Assembly: GCA_964019425.1 (NCBI GenBank)
Contig: OZ025784.1
Location: 868,001-932,000, forward strand
Length of the DNA: 64,000 bases
Reading direction: 5' to 3'
Origin: Flectonema sp. DT1601
Taxonomy: Eukaryota
This document shows positions 46,153 to 58,506 of this stretch, one piece after another. Position 1 is the stretch's first letter. Every line of letters begins with the position of its first letter. Under the pieces are notes generated by a model. It saw nothing but the letters and a program-made list of their open reading frames with translations. It searched no databases and was not told the DNA's origin. The translations under genes were made by a program, and so were the position numbers.

Positions 46153-48570
46153 ATGGAGATTGACAATACTTGGGGAGACCTACACCAGGTAGATGCTTGG
46201 TCAAAGGCTTCTCAAACAGTGGGATTTCTACCACGTGCGGAGACATATTCGTTTGATTTGGGAGGGATGACCGGTGAGGACATCGAACAGTACACTAAAT
46301 GCTTTCGTCAAGTAGGAAGTAATGTTATAAACTCAATGGGTGTCTTACCTGCTGAAGTTGTTGAAAAATTAGAAAACACTGCAAGGGAATTACTAAGACT
46401 CCGACTTAGGCTTCGGATGGTGCTAAAGCTTTCAAGAAATAGAAGGGCTCAACATGTCAAAACAATGCTGAGACCTTCACTTCGAGTATTGTCATCCAAC
46501 AGCGAAGTTTTTAAATTCTGGCCGTCAGCATCTCTGGAACACCTTCGACTTAAAATGATACCAACTGTATTCGATTCTGGTGAATATATCTTCCACACTG
46601 GAGAACCAATTTTCTCAGGTGTTGCTTTAATCACGACTGGTGTAGCTGAAGAGACTACAGTCCCATCAAACAAAACTCAACGACGAACAGGAACCTTATT
46701 AAGAAAGACATATTCAAAAGAAGAGTTTATTATCGGCGCTGTTGGTCAACTGACGGGAGAAAAACATATAAATTCTATCGTTACGAGAACAGTTTGCGAT
46801 GCCTGGATAATGAAATCAACTGACATAATAAAATCATTTAATGATCTTGATGAGAATGTTAAAAATCAAATTCTTGATTCGGTCTTTTCATATAAATGTC
46901 TTGAAATGAGGAAACAAATATCAGTATCAACACAAACATTTAGAAAATCATCTCCGATTTTCGCATCGGCATCTGATGATGAACTGCACGATGTCATTCA
47001 TAAATTAGTTCCAAAAATAATAAGAAAAGGTCTTCCAGTATTCACCTACGGATCACCGTCCTGTAATTGTTATTTTATTTATAGAGGGTCTGTCGCTATG
47101 ATATCAAGGTTTTTATCAGTGGGTGGAAGGGATCCTGTAGCTGAAAAGAAAGAACCTCCAACGGTAACTAAGAACACGATGATCGGAGAATTAGACATGC
47201 TTTTCAAAGAAAAACGACGAGTCACGGCGATTGCTAAGTCACATTGCTATTTATATATGTTAGATATGAGTGCTTTAAGTTGCAACCCGTCATTGCTTTC
47301 AAAAACAGCAAAGGCTGCGGCAGAACGTCGTAAAGATGTGATGGACAGAGGATCCATTGAGGAGAGTCTTTCAAACTGTTTGTTATTTCAATTTCTCGAA
47401 ACACCGATCCGAAATCAAGTATCTGAATTATTCCAACCAAAAGTTATTTCAGCTGGAGAGATTCTCGCCAGCAGCAGTCAAAGAGTTGACGCTATAATTA
47501 TAATAGCGAGGGGGGGGGTTAGAATTCGTCATGTTGATATATTTAAGTACCCTGGTGAAGATATAGTCTACCCAGGTGAATGTATTGGATACACTGGTCT
47601 ACTTCAGCAACGATGGAAAAATCCGATTTTCACGACAACTTTAGTAGAGTGCTGGATGTTATATTTTTCAGATTTCATCCCTTGGTTGAGAGAAAAGAAA
47701 CTACTCGCGAGGGTACGAGATTATTCAGCAGAGCTTTATAGAAAACAAGAATCGAAGACTCCGAGAACTGAGTCACTTCTCATAGACGCTGTTGATACTT
47801 TTATAGCTCCACGTCCAAAACTATGGCCTGGATCAAAATGGGGACAAGTCTCTGCCGTCATGAATGAAGCAAACCAACAGCTAAGAACACTACTATCACC
47901 GTCAGAGTGTTTGTTGGATGCTAATATTGTTCAAAAAGGTGTTGGTCTTTGGAGGATTTCACCTCTTTCACAACGCCAGTGTATACAAATGTCTACTCCC
48001 GGAGGGCTGGTTGATAAAGTTCCTCTTGTTCACACGAGATCTTTTGTTAACGCTCCTCCCAGTAAGAATGAGATTCATACAACTCTTCAGAGATCGCTTA
48101 TCACAAAAACGTGTAAAATGAGTGTTAAAATGAGTCATTTGCATGCCAAGGCCCAGACAGCAATAGGACTTCGTGTCCAACGTTTGTATAATCAAATGCA
48201 CTCAAATACCCGATCTTTAAGGGATCAGTGTAATCTGGATTCTAATTTATCTGATGAACGTTCAGGTGGTCATGTTGAAGGAACGAGAAGACTTCTTCCC
48301 GATGCAGAAATTCAAAAATTAGCAACCAATAAAAGACGTAAACCAAAACGTGCATCCAGCGCTGCCTTCACGGGACCCATTCCTCCAACGAGAAGTTCAG
48401 CTGGTCAACGACCGCATTCTGCCAAGATTGATAGTTTATTTAAAATACAAACATCTGAATGGAAAAAATTCAGAAAATGGTGTTGGCAGAATGAAGGTGC
48501 TGCCCCCATGCAGCCAATCCCTCCACCAACCTGCTCAATAATGTTAGACGGGACTGCTGCTGTGATGTAG
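46153..48570 (+). CDS. Multi-cNMP-binding-domain protein
   Basis: Three CNB-like repeats (FDSGEYIF.TGE; RKG..VF..G....CYFI.RG.V...IGELDML...RR.TAIA; AGEIL...GECIG). Confidence 0.8.
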   Translation: MEIDNTWGDLHQVDAWSKASQTVGFLPRAETYSFDLGGMTGEDIEQYTKCFRQVGSNVINSMGVLPAEVVEKLENTARELLRLRLRLRMVLKLSRNRRAQHVKTMLRPSLRVLSSNSEVFKFWPSASLEHLRLKMIPTVFDSGEYIFHTGEPIFSGVALITTGVAEETTVPSNKTQRRTGTLLRKTYSKEEFIIGAVGQLTGEKHINSIVTRTVCDAWIMKSTDIIKSFNDLDENVKNQILDSVFSYKCLEMRKQISVSTQTFRKSSPIFASASDDELHDVIHKLVPKIIRKGLPVFTYGSPSCNCYFIYRGSVAMISRFLSVGGRDPVAEKKEPPTVTKNTMIGELDMLFKEKRRVTAIAKSHCYLYMLDMSALSCNPSLLSKTAKAAAERRKDVMDRGSIEESLSNCLLFQFLETPIRNQVSELFQPKVISAGEILASSSQRVDAIIIIARGGVRIRHVDIFKYPGEDIVYPGECIGYTGLLQQRWKNPIFTTTLVECWMLYFSDFIPWLREKKLLARVRDYSAELYRKQESKTPRTESLLIDAVDTFIAPRPKLWPGSKWGQVSAVMNEANQQLRTLLSPSECLLDANIVQKGVGLWRISPLSQRQCIQMSTPGGLVDKVPLVHTRSFVNAPPSKNEIHTTLQRSLITKTCKMSVKMSHLHAKAQTAIGLRVQRLYNQMHSNTRSLRDQCNLDSNLSDERSGGHVEGTRRLLPDAEIQKLATNKRRKPKRASSAAFTGPIPPTRSSAGQRPHSAKIDSLFKIQTSEWKKFRKWCWQNEGAAPMQPIPPPTCSIMLDGTAAVM

Positions 48571-48753
48571 CAGACGAGCCTGCTGCTGTGATGTAGCAGT
48601 TGCCTGATAATCATTTACACAATATAAAATATATTCTGTTACTTTTTTTTTTTTTTTTGAAGGTTTTTTTTTTTTTTTTAAATTTGATAAATAATAAGAA
48701 TTATTTTTTTTGCATCGACAGCTAAGAAAAAAAAAAAAAACGTCAACAACAAC

Positions 48754-50359
48754 ATGTTGAGAAGTACGAAGTTATTCGGGTCAAGAGTACTACTCAGACA
48801 CAGCAGTCGGTCATCAAGTGATAAAGTTTACGACAGTTTAGATGACGCTGTTAAGGACATTCAGAGCGGAGCAACCGTCTTAGTTGGTGGTTTTGGACTT
48901 TGCGGAACTCCTCATGCTCTTATTCAGGCAGTTCAAAAACAAGGAGCTAAAGACCTTACTGTTGTTAGTAACAACGCTGGTGTTGATGATTGGGGTCTTG
49001 GTCTTCTCTTACAGACCAGACAAATCAAACGAATGATTAGCAGTTATGTTGGTGAGAACAAGACGGTATGAATGTTTTCTAATTAACAGGTTGTTTCTTA
49101 TATTGGAGATCATCATAACCAACCAAACAAAACAGTTTGAATCACAATACCTCAACGGAGAACTAGAAGTTGAACTCACCCCTCAAGGAACACTCGCTGA
49201 GAGAATCAGAGCTGGAGGAGCAGGAATCCCAGCCTTTTTCACTCCAACAGCCTACGGTACTGTAATTCAAGAAGGTAACTTCACTATCAAGTACGGACCA
49301 AAGGGAGAAGGTGAGGCAGCTATCCTCTCTGAAGGAAAGGAGTCTCGTCAGTTTAACGGAAGAAACTACATCTTAGAACCGGCTATTACTGGAGACTTCT
49401 CATTGATAAAGGGATACCAAGCAGACACCAGGGGTAACATTAGATTCAAGGGAACAGCGAGAAACTTTAATCCTCCAGTTGCTACCGCTGGTAAGATTAC
49501 TATTGCTGAGGTTGAGGAGATTGTTCCTGCGGGAACCTTTGCGCCAGAAGATATTCATATTCCTGGTGTGTATGTTCAGAGGATTGTTTGTCCACCAAAG
49601 TATGAGAAGAGAATTGAGAGGCGCACTATTCGCAAGGAAGAGTCATCCGACTCAGAAGTAAGCAAAGAACTCATCGACCCAACAACACTCGGAACTAGAG
49701 AACGTATTGTTCGTAGAGCTGCTCTCGAGTTCGCTGATGGAATGTACGTCAATCTCGGTATTGGTATGCCAACCTTAGCATCCAACTACATCCCTGACGG
49801 TATGAATATCGAACTTCAATCAGAGAATGGTCTACTTGGAATGGGACCATATCCTGTTGAATCAGAGGCTGATGCTGACTTGATTAACGCTGGTAAGGAA
49901 ACTGTTTCATACCTTCCAAGCAGTTCTATCTTCTCATCTGATGAGTCATTTGCTATGATCAGGGGAGGACATATGCATCTTACTATTTTAGGTGCTCTTC
50001 AATGTGCACCAAATGGAGATTTAGCGAACTGGATTATCCCAGGAAAGATGGTGAAGGGAATGGGAGGTGCTATGGACTTGGTCTCATCAGGTTCAAAGGT
50101 TGTCGTTACTATGGATCATGCTGCAAAGAATGGCTCTCCAAAGATCCTACAAGAATGTTCCCTTCCACTAACTGGTAAGGGTGTTATCGATAGAATTATT
50201 ACTGAGTTGGCTGTTTTTGATATTAACAAAGAGACGTCAACTATGACTTTAGTAGAAACAGCTCCTGGAGTAACCCTCGAAGAAATCGCTGAAAAAACTG
50301 CTGGAAAATATGAAGTTTGTAAGAACGTCAAAACTATGTCCTTTGCGGGATGTTTTTAA
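48754..50359 (+). CDS. OXCT1: Succinyl-CoA:3-ketoacid CoA-transferase, mitochondrial; exons 48754-49065 and 49136-50359
   Basis: [66 protein letters not shown]. 70-bp GT-AG intron at 49066-49135; mitochondrial presequence. Confidence 0.95.
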
Positions 50360-51072
50360 AGTGTTTTTCTTAAAACAAAAAAAAAAAACGAATTCATAAA
50401 AAAAAGAAAAAAAAAAAAAAACGTTTACTCCTGACTCAGGGTGTATTTATCTTTCGCAACGTGTTTAACTATTTTTTTTTTTTTTTTTTTGCCCCTTAAA
50501 AAAACTTTTTTATTTTAGTGCCATCTTGACATCCTTTTTTTTTCGAATTCATTTCTTATAACGTTTCGAAGTCACTGTTTGTTTTTAGTGAAGAGTTGTA
50601 TAAATTAGTAATGCCTGCCAGCCTTGCCTTGTGTTAAATACAATTTGTTTGGTAGCCTTGTTTCAACAACGGTTAACAGAAGAGAAGACCAACACACAAA
50701 CACACTGATAACGTTTTTTTTTTGCGTTTTTTGCGTTTTTTTTTTTTTTTTTCCCCCCCTGTTTGATTCGAAATGACTTTTCCCTTTTTTTTAATTTTTT
50801 TTTTTTATATGAATTTATTTGAAAAAAAAAAAAAAAAAAAAAAAAAGTAATAAGTTATCCCCTCCTTAAGTGTGTCACCGATTGTGATGACCAAGCGAAC
50901 ATCCCGACTCAGGTTGTCGCCCCTTTGGAAGAATTTCCACCGATGTGGATTTTGGAATTCTTTTTGCCCCCAAATAACACAAGCAGCTGCTTCTATTGTT
51001 TACGTGATGATGTTGATCGTGGTGTGTGTGTTTTATGTTTTTTTTATTTTTTAACTTTCCAGAAATCACAAT

Positions 51073-52152
51073 ATGTCGGGAGAAGGCACATCAAAAGAGC
51101 TGCTTCTGAACCCAGCAGCTCCCCCCAAACCGAGCGATACCAAAGCAGGTGGGCTAACTCCTCACAAGAAACCACCAAATTATGTTTCGGAGTTCAATCC
51201 TGACAAACCAAACTTAGGAAGAGGATGGTGGCAGCATAGAACATGGCAGTATGAAATAGGACCGGTTGCTAAGGAATACAGACGGAGTAGATCTTTGGGA
51301 CGTTTTCCATATGTCGATTCATACTTTGGAAAAGAATATGATAAAGCTGGTCTTGTTAAAGGTGAAGCTCGTGTGTTTCCGAGAATCCATCCTCAAGATC
51401 GGGGACTATATGGTGAGATCCCAATTGAAATTAAATTGTCGAGAGCAGTTCTTAATGCTCACGCTCAAGGAAAACTAATTAACGTTGGATATGTTGCTTT
51501 GGCAGGTATTTTTATGTACGCAATTAACTACGCAAACTGTGTCGATAGCGTTGATCCACCAGAGTCATTCAAAGTTCATGATTCTTTGGGTACTGCTTGT
51601 TCTTATAAAGCAGAATTTCATTTACCTGATTTCGCACTTCTTAACGCGCAGACAACTGAAAGTGATTCTTATTTGAAAAGATATACGGCTACTGTATTCA
51701 GTTGTTGGGGACATTATCCTCAAAGAAAATTTGCTGGTTTGCTTCATCAAGACTACTACAGCAGGGCATACCATCTTCACTACAGGAGAAAAGTTAAACC
51801 GGGTGAGTTCTTTACTGATTATGAATTATTAGAAAGAGACAGATCTATGTCTCTGTTGAGAAGTAGGTTATTCGGTACTCTCGCACACTGCCATGCGGTA
51901 GTATCAAATGAAGGTGTGCTGAAGATGCAATTATCAACTTGTATTGATGAGCAGCATTGGTCTCAAGTTTATCCAGATTCAAGTCTGACTAAGTACTTCA
52001 TAACACCGACTGTTTCATATATTAATTCAGTTTGGACGAGATTTTGGATGACATCATCAACGAACTTCTTTCTTCGATACAATCTCAATGAAGTTTATGT
52101 CAAACCTCTGGAGGCAGCACAAATTGAAACACCTGTCGATATGTTCTCTTAG
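51073..52152 (+). CDS. Hypothetical protein
   Basis: Uninterrupted 359-aa ORF with coding-like composition, preceded by ttccag; family not recognised. Confidence 0.7.
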   Translation: MSGEGTSKELLLNPAAPPKPSDTKAGGLTPHKKPPNYVSEFNPDKPNLGRGWWQHRTWQYEIGPVAKEYRRSRSLGRFPYVDSYFGKEYDKAGLVKGEARVFPRIHPQDRGLYGEIPIEIKLSRAVLNAHAQGKLINVGYVALAGIFMYAINYANCVDSVDPPESFKVHDSLGTACSYKAEFHLPDFALLNAQTTESDSYLKRYTATVFSCWGHYPQRKFAGLLHQDYYSRAYHLHYRRKVKPGEFFTDYELLERDRSMSLLRSRLFGTLAHCHAVVSNEGVLKMQLSTCIDEQHWSQVYPDSSLTKYFITPTVSYINSVWTRFWMTSSTNFFLRYNLNEVYVKPLEAAQIETPVDMFS

Positions 52153-52402
52153 AAGGTATTGTAGATTAAAATGATGTCTTTTTAACGAAAGGTTTCCTTA
52201 TACTCGTTGAGACACCACACGAAGGTAGTCAGATCAATGTGTGATTAGGATCGTTTGTTGTGTTTTATTGAATTATTTGAAACATTTTTCACTCTCAGCC
52301 CTCGGCACCCATGATTTCAGGTTTTGGTTTCCTCACGTCTTGATGTTGTCTACGGGGTAGTTAATTTTCTTTCCTTTCTCACTGTCAGTTCTCACAAGTA
52401 AA

Positions 52403-53707
52403 ATGATGTTGGCCGCAGCAGCAGCTGCCACTATCATGGCGGCACCAGAACAGGTGCATCTTGCCTTCAAGACACCAACAAGTATGTGGATTTCATGGGC
52501 TGACAAGACAGGTGTGACTGGAGCCCTTGGTAGTGTTGTAGTAACTCAAGGAAGTGATAATACGAAGTACTCGACATCTGGTAATACTTATCAATACCAA
52601 TCTGAGTCCAGTAGGGAGGTGTATACCAGTCCTGTAATGTTCCACAGTGTTGTTAATATTACCTGCGGTAATGTTCCATACACATACAAGGTTTCAAGTG
52701 GTGGTGTAGACTCAACTGAGATGTCTTTCAAGACTCTTCCATGTGCTGGTCCAAACAGTGAAGTAGTCATCGCTCTGATTGGTGACTTGGGACAAACTGT
52801 TAACAGTTCAGCGACAGTTGATCACGTCGTTACTGGTATGAACCAAGAGACTGATCCTCTTCAGATGCTTTGGTTGATTGGTGACCTCAGTTACGCTGAC
52901 GCTGAGAAGTGGTCTTCTCACTCGTCGGGACAAACTCCTCAGAGATGGGACACCTGGGGTAACTTGGTACAGAAAGTTACCCAACAGATTCCTCTCATGG
53001 CTGGGCCAGGAAACCACGAGCAAGAAGACAGTCCAAAGCCGAAGATCGGAGCTCCTTACGTTGCGTTCTCTTCGAGAATTAAAGGACCTGATGGAGCTAA
53101 TGCTCCGTACTGGTGGTCGATGAGAACTGGTGCAGTTCATATGATTACAATGAATAGTTACATGGACTACTCTGTTGGATCAGATCAGTACAACTGGCTT
53201 GTTAATGAGTTAGCTACTGTTGATAGATTAGTCACCCCATGGTTGGTTGTTGGTCTACACGCTCCTTGGTACAACAGCAACACTCATCACCACAACGAAC
53301 GGGAGGAATGGGGAATGAGAAGAGCAATGGAACCGTTGCTTGCTAAGGCTAAAGTTGATGTATTATTTTGTGGCCACGTTCACGCTTATGAGAGAAGTCA
53401 TCCAGTCTACGACTACAAACTAACAAAAGGAGCGATGGTTGAGATCAACATCGGTGATGGAGGTAACAGGGAAGTACTGAAAGCCGATCCACGTGACTGG
53501 CGTCAACCTCAGCCTGACTGGTCTGCTTTCCGTCAGAACAAGTTTGGACATGGAAGGTTCCACGTGTACAACAGTACTCATGCTCATTGGTCGTGGCATA
53601 CTATTCACACCCCTGAATCAGTTGAGTCAGATACCTTATGGTTTATTCGTAATGAAGACCTTCATGGGGTTCAAGCTTTTCCAATTCATAATGAGAGAAG
53701 TGAATAG
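52403..53707 (+). CDS. Purple acid phosphatase (copy 1)
   Basis: PEQVHL, GDLG, GDLSYAD, GNHE, VGLH, GHVHAYER. Confidence 0.95.
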   Translation: MMLAAAAAATIMAAPEQVHLAFKTPTSMWISWADKTGVTGALGSVVVTQGSDNTKYSTSGNTYQYQSESSREVYTSPVMFHSVVNITCGNVPYTYKVSSGGVDSTEMSFKTLPCAGPNSEVVIALIGDLGQTVNSSATVDHVVTGMNQETDPLQMLWLIGDLSYADAEKWSSHSSGQTPQRWDTWGNLVQKVTQQIPLMAGPGNHEQEDSPKPKIGAPYVAFSSRIKGPDGANAPYWWSMRTGAVHMITMNSYMDYSVGSDQYNWLVNELATVDRLVTPWLVVGLHAPWYNSNTHHHNEREEWGMRRAMEPLLAKAKVDVLFCGHVHAYERSHPVYDYKLTKGAMVEINIGDGGNREVLKADPRDWRQPQPDWSAFRQNKFGHGRFHVYNSTHAHWSWHTIHTPESVESDTLWFIRNEDLHGVQAFPIHNERSE

Positions 53708-54166
53708 AACCATACAGTGATGTGTTATCAATGAGTACCCTTAACCTCAACTGCTGTACCATCGCAGGGCTCTCTCACACTCATCTCGTTGTTATCTTTG
53801 TTGAATATCTTCACATTTGTCTAATCAAACAGAAGTATTCCTGAGTTATAAACGGTGATCTTTTCCCTTCTCTTCATTCATTTTTATTATCGTCTTCTAA
53901 CGTATCGTTTTTATTAGTTTGTGAAGTTTACTCGCGTGACTGATTGTTTCTCTTTTGAGAAGAGTATGTGAAATATTGTATTTAGTCGTGGCGGGGGAAC
54001 GCAGTTGACGAGTGGAAGTGTTTTGTAAATAAAATCATCTCTCACAGTTTTGATATGTGAAACTTGTGCAGGCCTTGGCTGCTTTCTCTGGTTGAGTTTA
54101 TTTTAAATAAGTTTTGTATTTTTGCGACTATCTCTCTCCTCACTGTCCAGTGTTCACAAAAATAAA

Positions 54167-55477
54167 ATGATGTTGGCCGCAGCAGCAGCTGCCACTATCA
54201 TGGCGGCACCAGAACAGGTGCATCTTGCCTTCAAGACACCAACAAGTATGTGGATTTCATGGGCTGACAAGACAGGTGTGACTGGAGCCCTTGGCAGTGT
54301 TGTAGTAACTCAAGGAAGTGATAATACGAAGTACTCAACATCTGGTAATACTTATCAATACCAATCATCATTTGGTGAAGATCCTTACACCAGTCCTGTA
54401 ATGTTCCACAGTGTTGTTAATATTACCTGCGGTAATGTTCCATACACATACAAGGTTTCAAGTGGTGGTGTAGACTCAACTGAGATGTCTTTCAAGACTC
54501 TTCCATGTGCTGGTCCAAACAGTGAAGTAGTCATCGCTCTGATTGGTGACTTGGGACAAACTGTTAACAGTTCAGCGACAGTTGATCACGTCGTTACTGG
54601 TATGAACCAAGAGACTGATCCTCTTCAGATGCTTTGGTTGGTTGGTGACCTCAGTTACGCTGACGCAGCATACGGACCAAATTGCACAAGTACATTTGGC
54701 TGTCTTGCCTCGAGATGGGACACCTGGGGTAACTTGGTACAGAAAGTTACCCAACAGATTCCTCTCATGGCTGGGCCAGGAAACCACGAGCAAGAAGACA
54801 GTCCGACACCGAAGATCGGAGCTCCGTACGTTGCGTACTCTTCGAGAATTAAAGGACCTGATGGAGCTAATGCTCCGTACTGGTGGTCGATGAGAACTGG
54901 TGCAGTTCATATGATTACAATGAATAGTTACATGGACTACTCTGTTGGATCAGATCAGTACAACTGGCTTGTTAATGAGTTAGCTACTGTTGATAGATTA
55001 GTCACCCCATGGTTGGTTGTTGGTCTACACGCTCCTTGGTACAACAGCAACACTCATCACCACAATGAAACAGAGGAATGGGGAATGAGAAGAGCAATGG
55101 AACCGTTGCTTGCTAAGGCTAAAGTTGATGTATTGTTTTGTGGTCACGTTCACGCTTATGAGAGAAGTCATCCAGTCTACGACTACAAACTAACAAAAGG
55201 AGCGATGGTTGAGATCAACATCGGTGATGGAGGTAACAGAGAATTGTTGGAAGCCGATCCACTTGACTGGCGTCAACCTCAGCCGGACTGGTCTGCTTTC
55301 CGTCAGAACAAGTTTGGACATGGAAGGTTCCACGTGTACAACAGTACTCATGCTCATTGGTCGTGGCATACTATTCACACCCCTGAATCAGTTGAGTCAG
55401 ATACCTTATGGTTTATTCGTAATGAAGACCTTCATGGGGTTCAAGCTTTTCCAATTCATAATGAGAGAAGTGAATAG
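54167..55477 (+). CDS. Purple acid phosphatase (copy 2)
   Basis: Same five metal-ligand motifs; start aligned to the paralogs. Confidence 0.95.
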   Translation: MMLAAAAAATIMAAPEQVHLAFKTPTSMWISWADKTGVTGALGSVVVTQGSDNTKYSTSGNTYQYQSSFGEDPYTSPVMFHSVVNITCGNVPYTYKVSSGGVDSTEMSFKTLPCAGPNSEVVIALIGDLGQTVNSSATVDHVVTGMNQETDPLQMLWLVGDLSYADAAYGPNCTSTFGCLASRWDTWGNLVQKVTQQIPLMAGPGNHEQEDSPTPKIGAPYVAYSSRIKGPDGANAPYWWSMRTGAVHMITMNSYMDYSVGSDQYNWLVNELATVDRLVTPWLVVGLHAPWYNSNTHHHNETEEWGMRRAMEPLLAKAKVDVLFCGHVHAYERSHPVYDYKLTKGAMVEINIGDGGNRELLEADPLDWRQPQPDWSAFRQNKFGHGRFHVYNSTHAHWSWHTIHTPESVESDTLWFIRNEDLHGVQAFPIHNERSE

Positions 55478-56004
55478 GTTGGTTTTGACGAAGTATTATC
55501 CTTAGTAAACTATTTGTATTATTGCCAATGTGAAACACTCTTCCAGTAGTACTTCTCTAACTCACAAAGAGGAAGAAGTATCCTGCCCTTTTCTCACTTA
55601 CGTTTAGGTGGTTGTGTTGTCTCTCTTTTATTATTTTTTAGTTTTCGCTCATCGTTTTTTGTTCCAGCTTTCAATTTACAAGAAAAAAAACTCGCGTGTA
55701 TTCGTTGTGGAATTTTTATTTGGGTCCAATTGACGGCACACGCAACTGTTCCTTTCTGTTTTGTTGTTTTTTCTCTCGTTTTTTGTAAACGAACGTGTTG
55801 TTTCTACTACTCAAATCAAACTATTGCTTTGCTAATATAAAGAAGGACCTCGTAAACATCTTTCTTTACTGCTGTTGCCAGTATTTTATACGCCTGACTT
55901 GTGTATTTCTGGTTGTTGGCATCGAACGTCTTTTTTTATCTCCCAGTTGGACGTAGTTAGTTTGATTTATCTTTTCCTCACTGCCCAGTGTTCACAAAAA
56001 TAAA

Positions 56005-57315
56005 ATGATGTTGGCCGCAGCAGCAGCTGCCACTATCATGGCGGCACCAGAACAGGTGCATCTTGCCTTCAAGACACCAACAAGTATGTGGATTTCATGG
56101 GCTGACAAGACAGGTGTGACTGGAGCCCTTGGCAGTGTTGTAGTAACTCAAGGAAGTGATAATACGAAGTACTCAACATCTGGTAATACTTATCAATACC
56201 AATCATCATTTGGTGAAGATCCTTACACCAGTCCTGTAATGTTCCACAGTGTTGTTAATATTACCTGCGGTAATGTTCCATACACATACAAGGTTTCAAG
56301 TGGTGGTGTAGACTCAACTGAGATGTCTTTCAAGACTCTTCCATGTGCTGGTCCAAACAGTGAAGTAGTCATCGCTCTGATTGGTGACTTGGGACAAACT
56401 GTTAACAGTTCAGCGACAGTTGATCACGTCGTTACTGGTATGAACCAAGAGACTGATCCTCTTCAGATGCTTTGGTTGATTGGTGACCTCAGTTACGCTG
56501 ACGCAGCTGATGGGCCAAATTGCACCCGTCCGTTCGGATGTTCTCCTCAGAGATGGGACACCTGGGGTAACTTGGTACAGAAAGTTACCCAACAGATCCC
56601 CCTCATGGCTGGGCCAGGAAACCACGAGCAAGAAGACAGTCCGGCACCGAAGATCGGAGCTCCGTACGTTGCGTACTCTTCGAGAATTAAAGGACCTGAT
56701 GGAGCTAATGCTCCGTACTGGTGGTCGATGAGAACTGGTGCAGTTCATATGATTACAATGAATAGTTACATGGACTACTCTGTTGGATCAGATCAGTACA
56801 ACTGGCTTGTTAATGAGTTAGCTACTGTTGATAGATTAGTCACCCCATGGTTGGTTGTTGGTCTACACGCTCCTTGGTACAACAGCAACACTCATCACCA
56901 CAATGAAACAGAGGAATGGGGAATGAGAAGAGCAATGGAACCGTTGCTTGCTAAGGCTAAAGTTGATGTATTGTTTTGTGGTCACGTTCACGCTTATGAG
57001 AGAAGTCATCCAGTCTACGACTACAAACTAACAAAAGGAGCGATGGTTGAGATCAACATCGGTGATGGAGGTAACAGAGAATTGTTGGAAGCCGATCCAC
57101 TTGACTGGCGTCAACCTCAGCCGGACTGGTCTGCTTTCCGTCAGAACAAGTTTGGACATGGAAGGTTCCACGTGTACAACAGTACTCATGCTCATTGGTC
57201 GTGGCATACTATTCACACCCCTGAATCAGTTGAGTCAGATACCTTATGGTTTATTCGTAATGAAGACCTTCATGGGGTTCAAGCTTTTCCAACTCGTAAT
57301 GAAAAAAGTGACTAG
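56005..57315 (+). CDS. Purple acid phosphatase (copy 3)
   Basis: Same five metal-ligand motifs. Confidence 0.95.
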   Translation: MMLAAAAAATIMAAPEQVHLAFKTPTSMWISWADKTGVTGALGSVVVTQGSDNTKYSTSGNTYQYQSSFGEDPYTSPVMFHSVVNITCGNVPYTYKVSSGGVDSTEMSFKTLPCAGPNSEVVIALIGDLGQTVNSSATVDHVVTGMNQETDPLQMLWLIGDLSYADAADGPNCTRPFGCSPQRWDTWGNLVQKVTQQIPLMAGPGNHEQEDSPAPKIGAPYVAYSSRIKGPDGANAPYWWSMRTGAVHMITMNSYMDYSVGSDQYNWLVNELATVDRLVTPWLVVGLHAPWYNSNTHHHNETEEWGMRRAMEPLLAKAKVDVLFCGHVHAYERSHPVYDYKLTKGAMVEINIGDGGNRELLEADPLDWRQPQPDWSAFRQNKFGHGRFHVYNSTHAHWSWHTIHTPESVESDTLWFIRNEDLHGVQAFPTRNEKSD

Positions 57316-57699
57316 CTATCACTCTCGTCACTTTCATTCTTAACATTTATGCATTGAAGACGGATTCTTTTATAAAAGAAGATGTACCCAAACTCAAATA
57401 TCTGACCAGCATATTAGTTCGGTTATTCGCTTCAATTATTAAGGTATCTGAGAGTCTAGCTATGCATATGTTTAGATCTGGTTTATGTTGACCACTTTAT
57501 TTATGTTTCTCATGAAAGCCAACGTTTTTTCATAAGTGTTTTTTTTTTTTTTTTTTTTTAAAATTATTATTGGTTTTATTCGCATGCGACCAGTGTGATT
57601 GTTGTCAGTTTTCAACCAAAAAAAAAATCATTTTTTTTTTTTTTAGTTGTTTTTTTTTTATATATTTTAATTCATTTTTCTCACAAAAGCCCCACAGCC

Positions 57700-58506
57700 A
57701 TGCGGCGAGAGAGTGGGGCGAACTCTTGGTTGGCAGGATGGGTGGCTGTCCCGTTGGGAACACTTGCAGGACATCCTTTCGACACGATGAAAGTTCGAAT
57801 ACAAATGAATGGAGCTGAGAATAAATTTAAAGGTCTCTGGAGTGGATCTACCGTACCGGTGGCTTCAAGGCAAATAGTTAAAGGAACTTTATACGGTTCG
57901 TATGGAATGATAAATAGTTTTTTTCAACAACGAACTGGTAACCTGTCGCTACCATGGTGGTTATACGGCGCTAGCGGTGGGATTTCTGGAGGAGTATCGG
58001 CATTGCTTCAGACTCCAGCAGATTATATTAAAATAAGAATTCAGACTGGTGATCAACGGCTTCCTGTATTAGGCAGAGTGACTTCAGTCATTCGAAAAAC
58101 AAATATCAGTGGGCTCTATCAAGGGGTACGGCCGATGGTACTTAGGGATAGCTTGGGTTTTTTTGTATACTTCTCTCTTTTTGAACATCTGAGAAGGAGG
58201 TTTGGAACACAAGGTACCTTCTGGAAACAATTTATTCTCGGTTCGTTTGTTGGTTGTATTTCGTGGATGTTTCAATACCCAATCGACGTGATAAAAACAC
58301 GCCTACAAGCAACCCATAATTGTAAACTAACAGCCACTAAAATGGCTTACAACACACTCAGTAATGAAGGTATTTCAGTTTTTTATCGAGGTTTGAGTGC
58401 AGCTCTAATCAGAGCATGTGTTGTCCACGGAACGACTATGAGCATATATGAAGCAATGTTAGACTACATAAATGAATATCAGTCTGTGGTTACTAATCTA
58501 AGTTAA
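57700..58506 (+). CDS. Mitochondrial carrier (SLC25, carnitine/basic amino acid-like)
   Basis: Three Px[DE]xxKxR motifs: PFDTMKVR, PADYIKIR, PIDVIKTR. Confidence 0.9.
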   Translation: MRRESGANSWLAGWVAVPLGTLAGHPFDTMKVRIQMNGAENKFKGLWSGSTVPVASRQIVKGTLYGSYGMINSFFQQRTGNLSLPWWLYGASGGISGGVSALLQTPADYIKIRIQTGDQRLPVLGRVTSVIRKTNISGLYQGVRPMVLRDSLGFFVYFSLFEHLRRRFGTQGTFWKQFILGSFVGCISWMFQYPIDVIKTRLQATHNCKLTATKMAYNTLSNEGISVFYRGLSAALIRACVVHGTTMSIYEAMLDYINEYQSVVTNLS

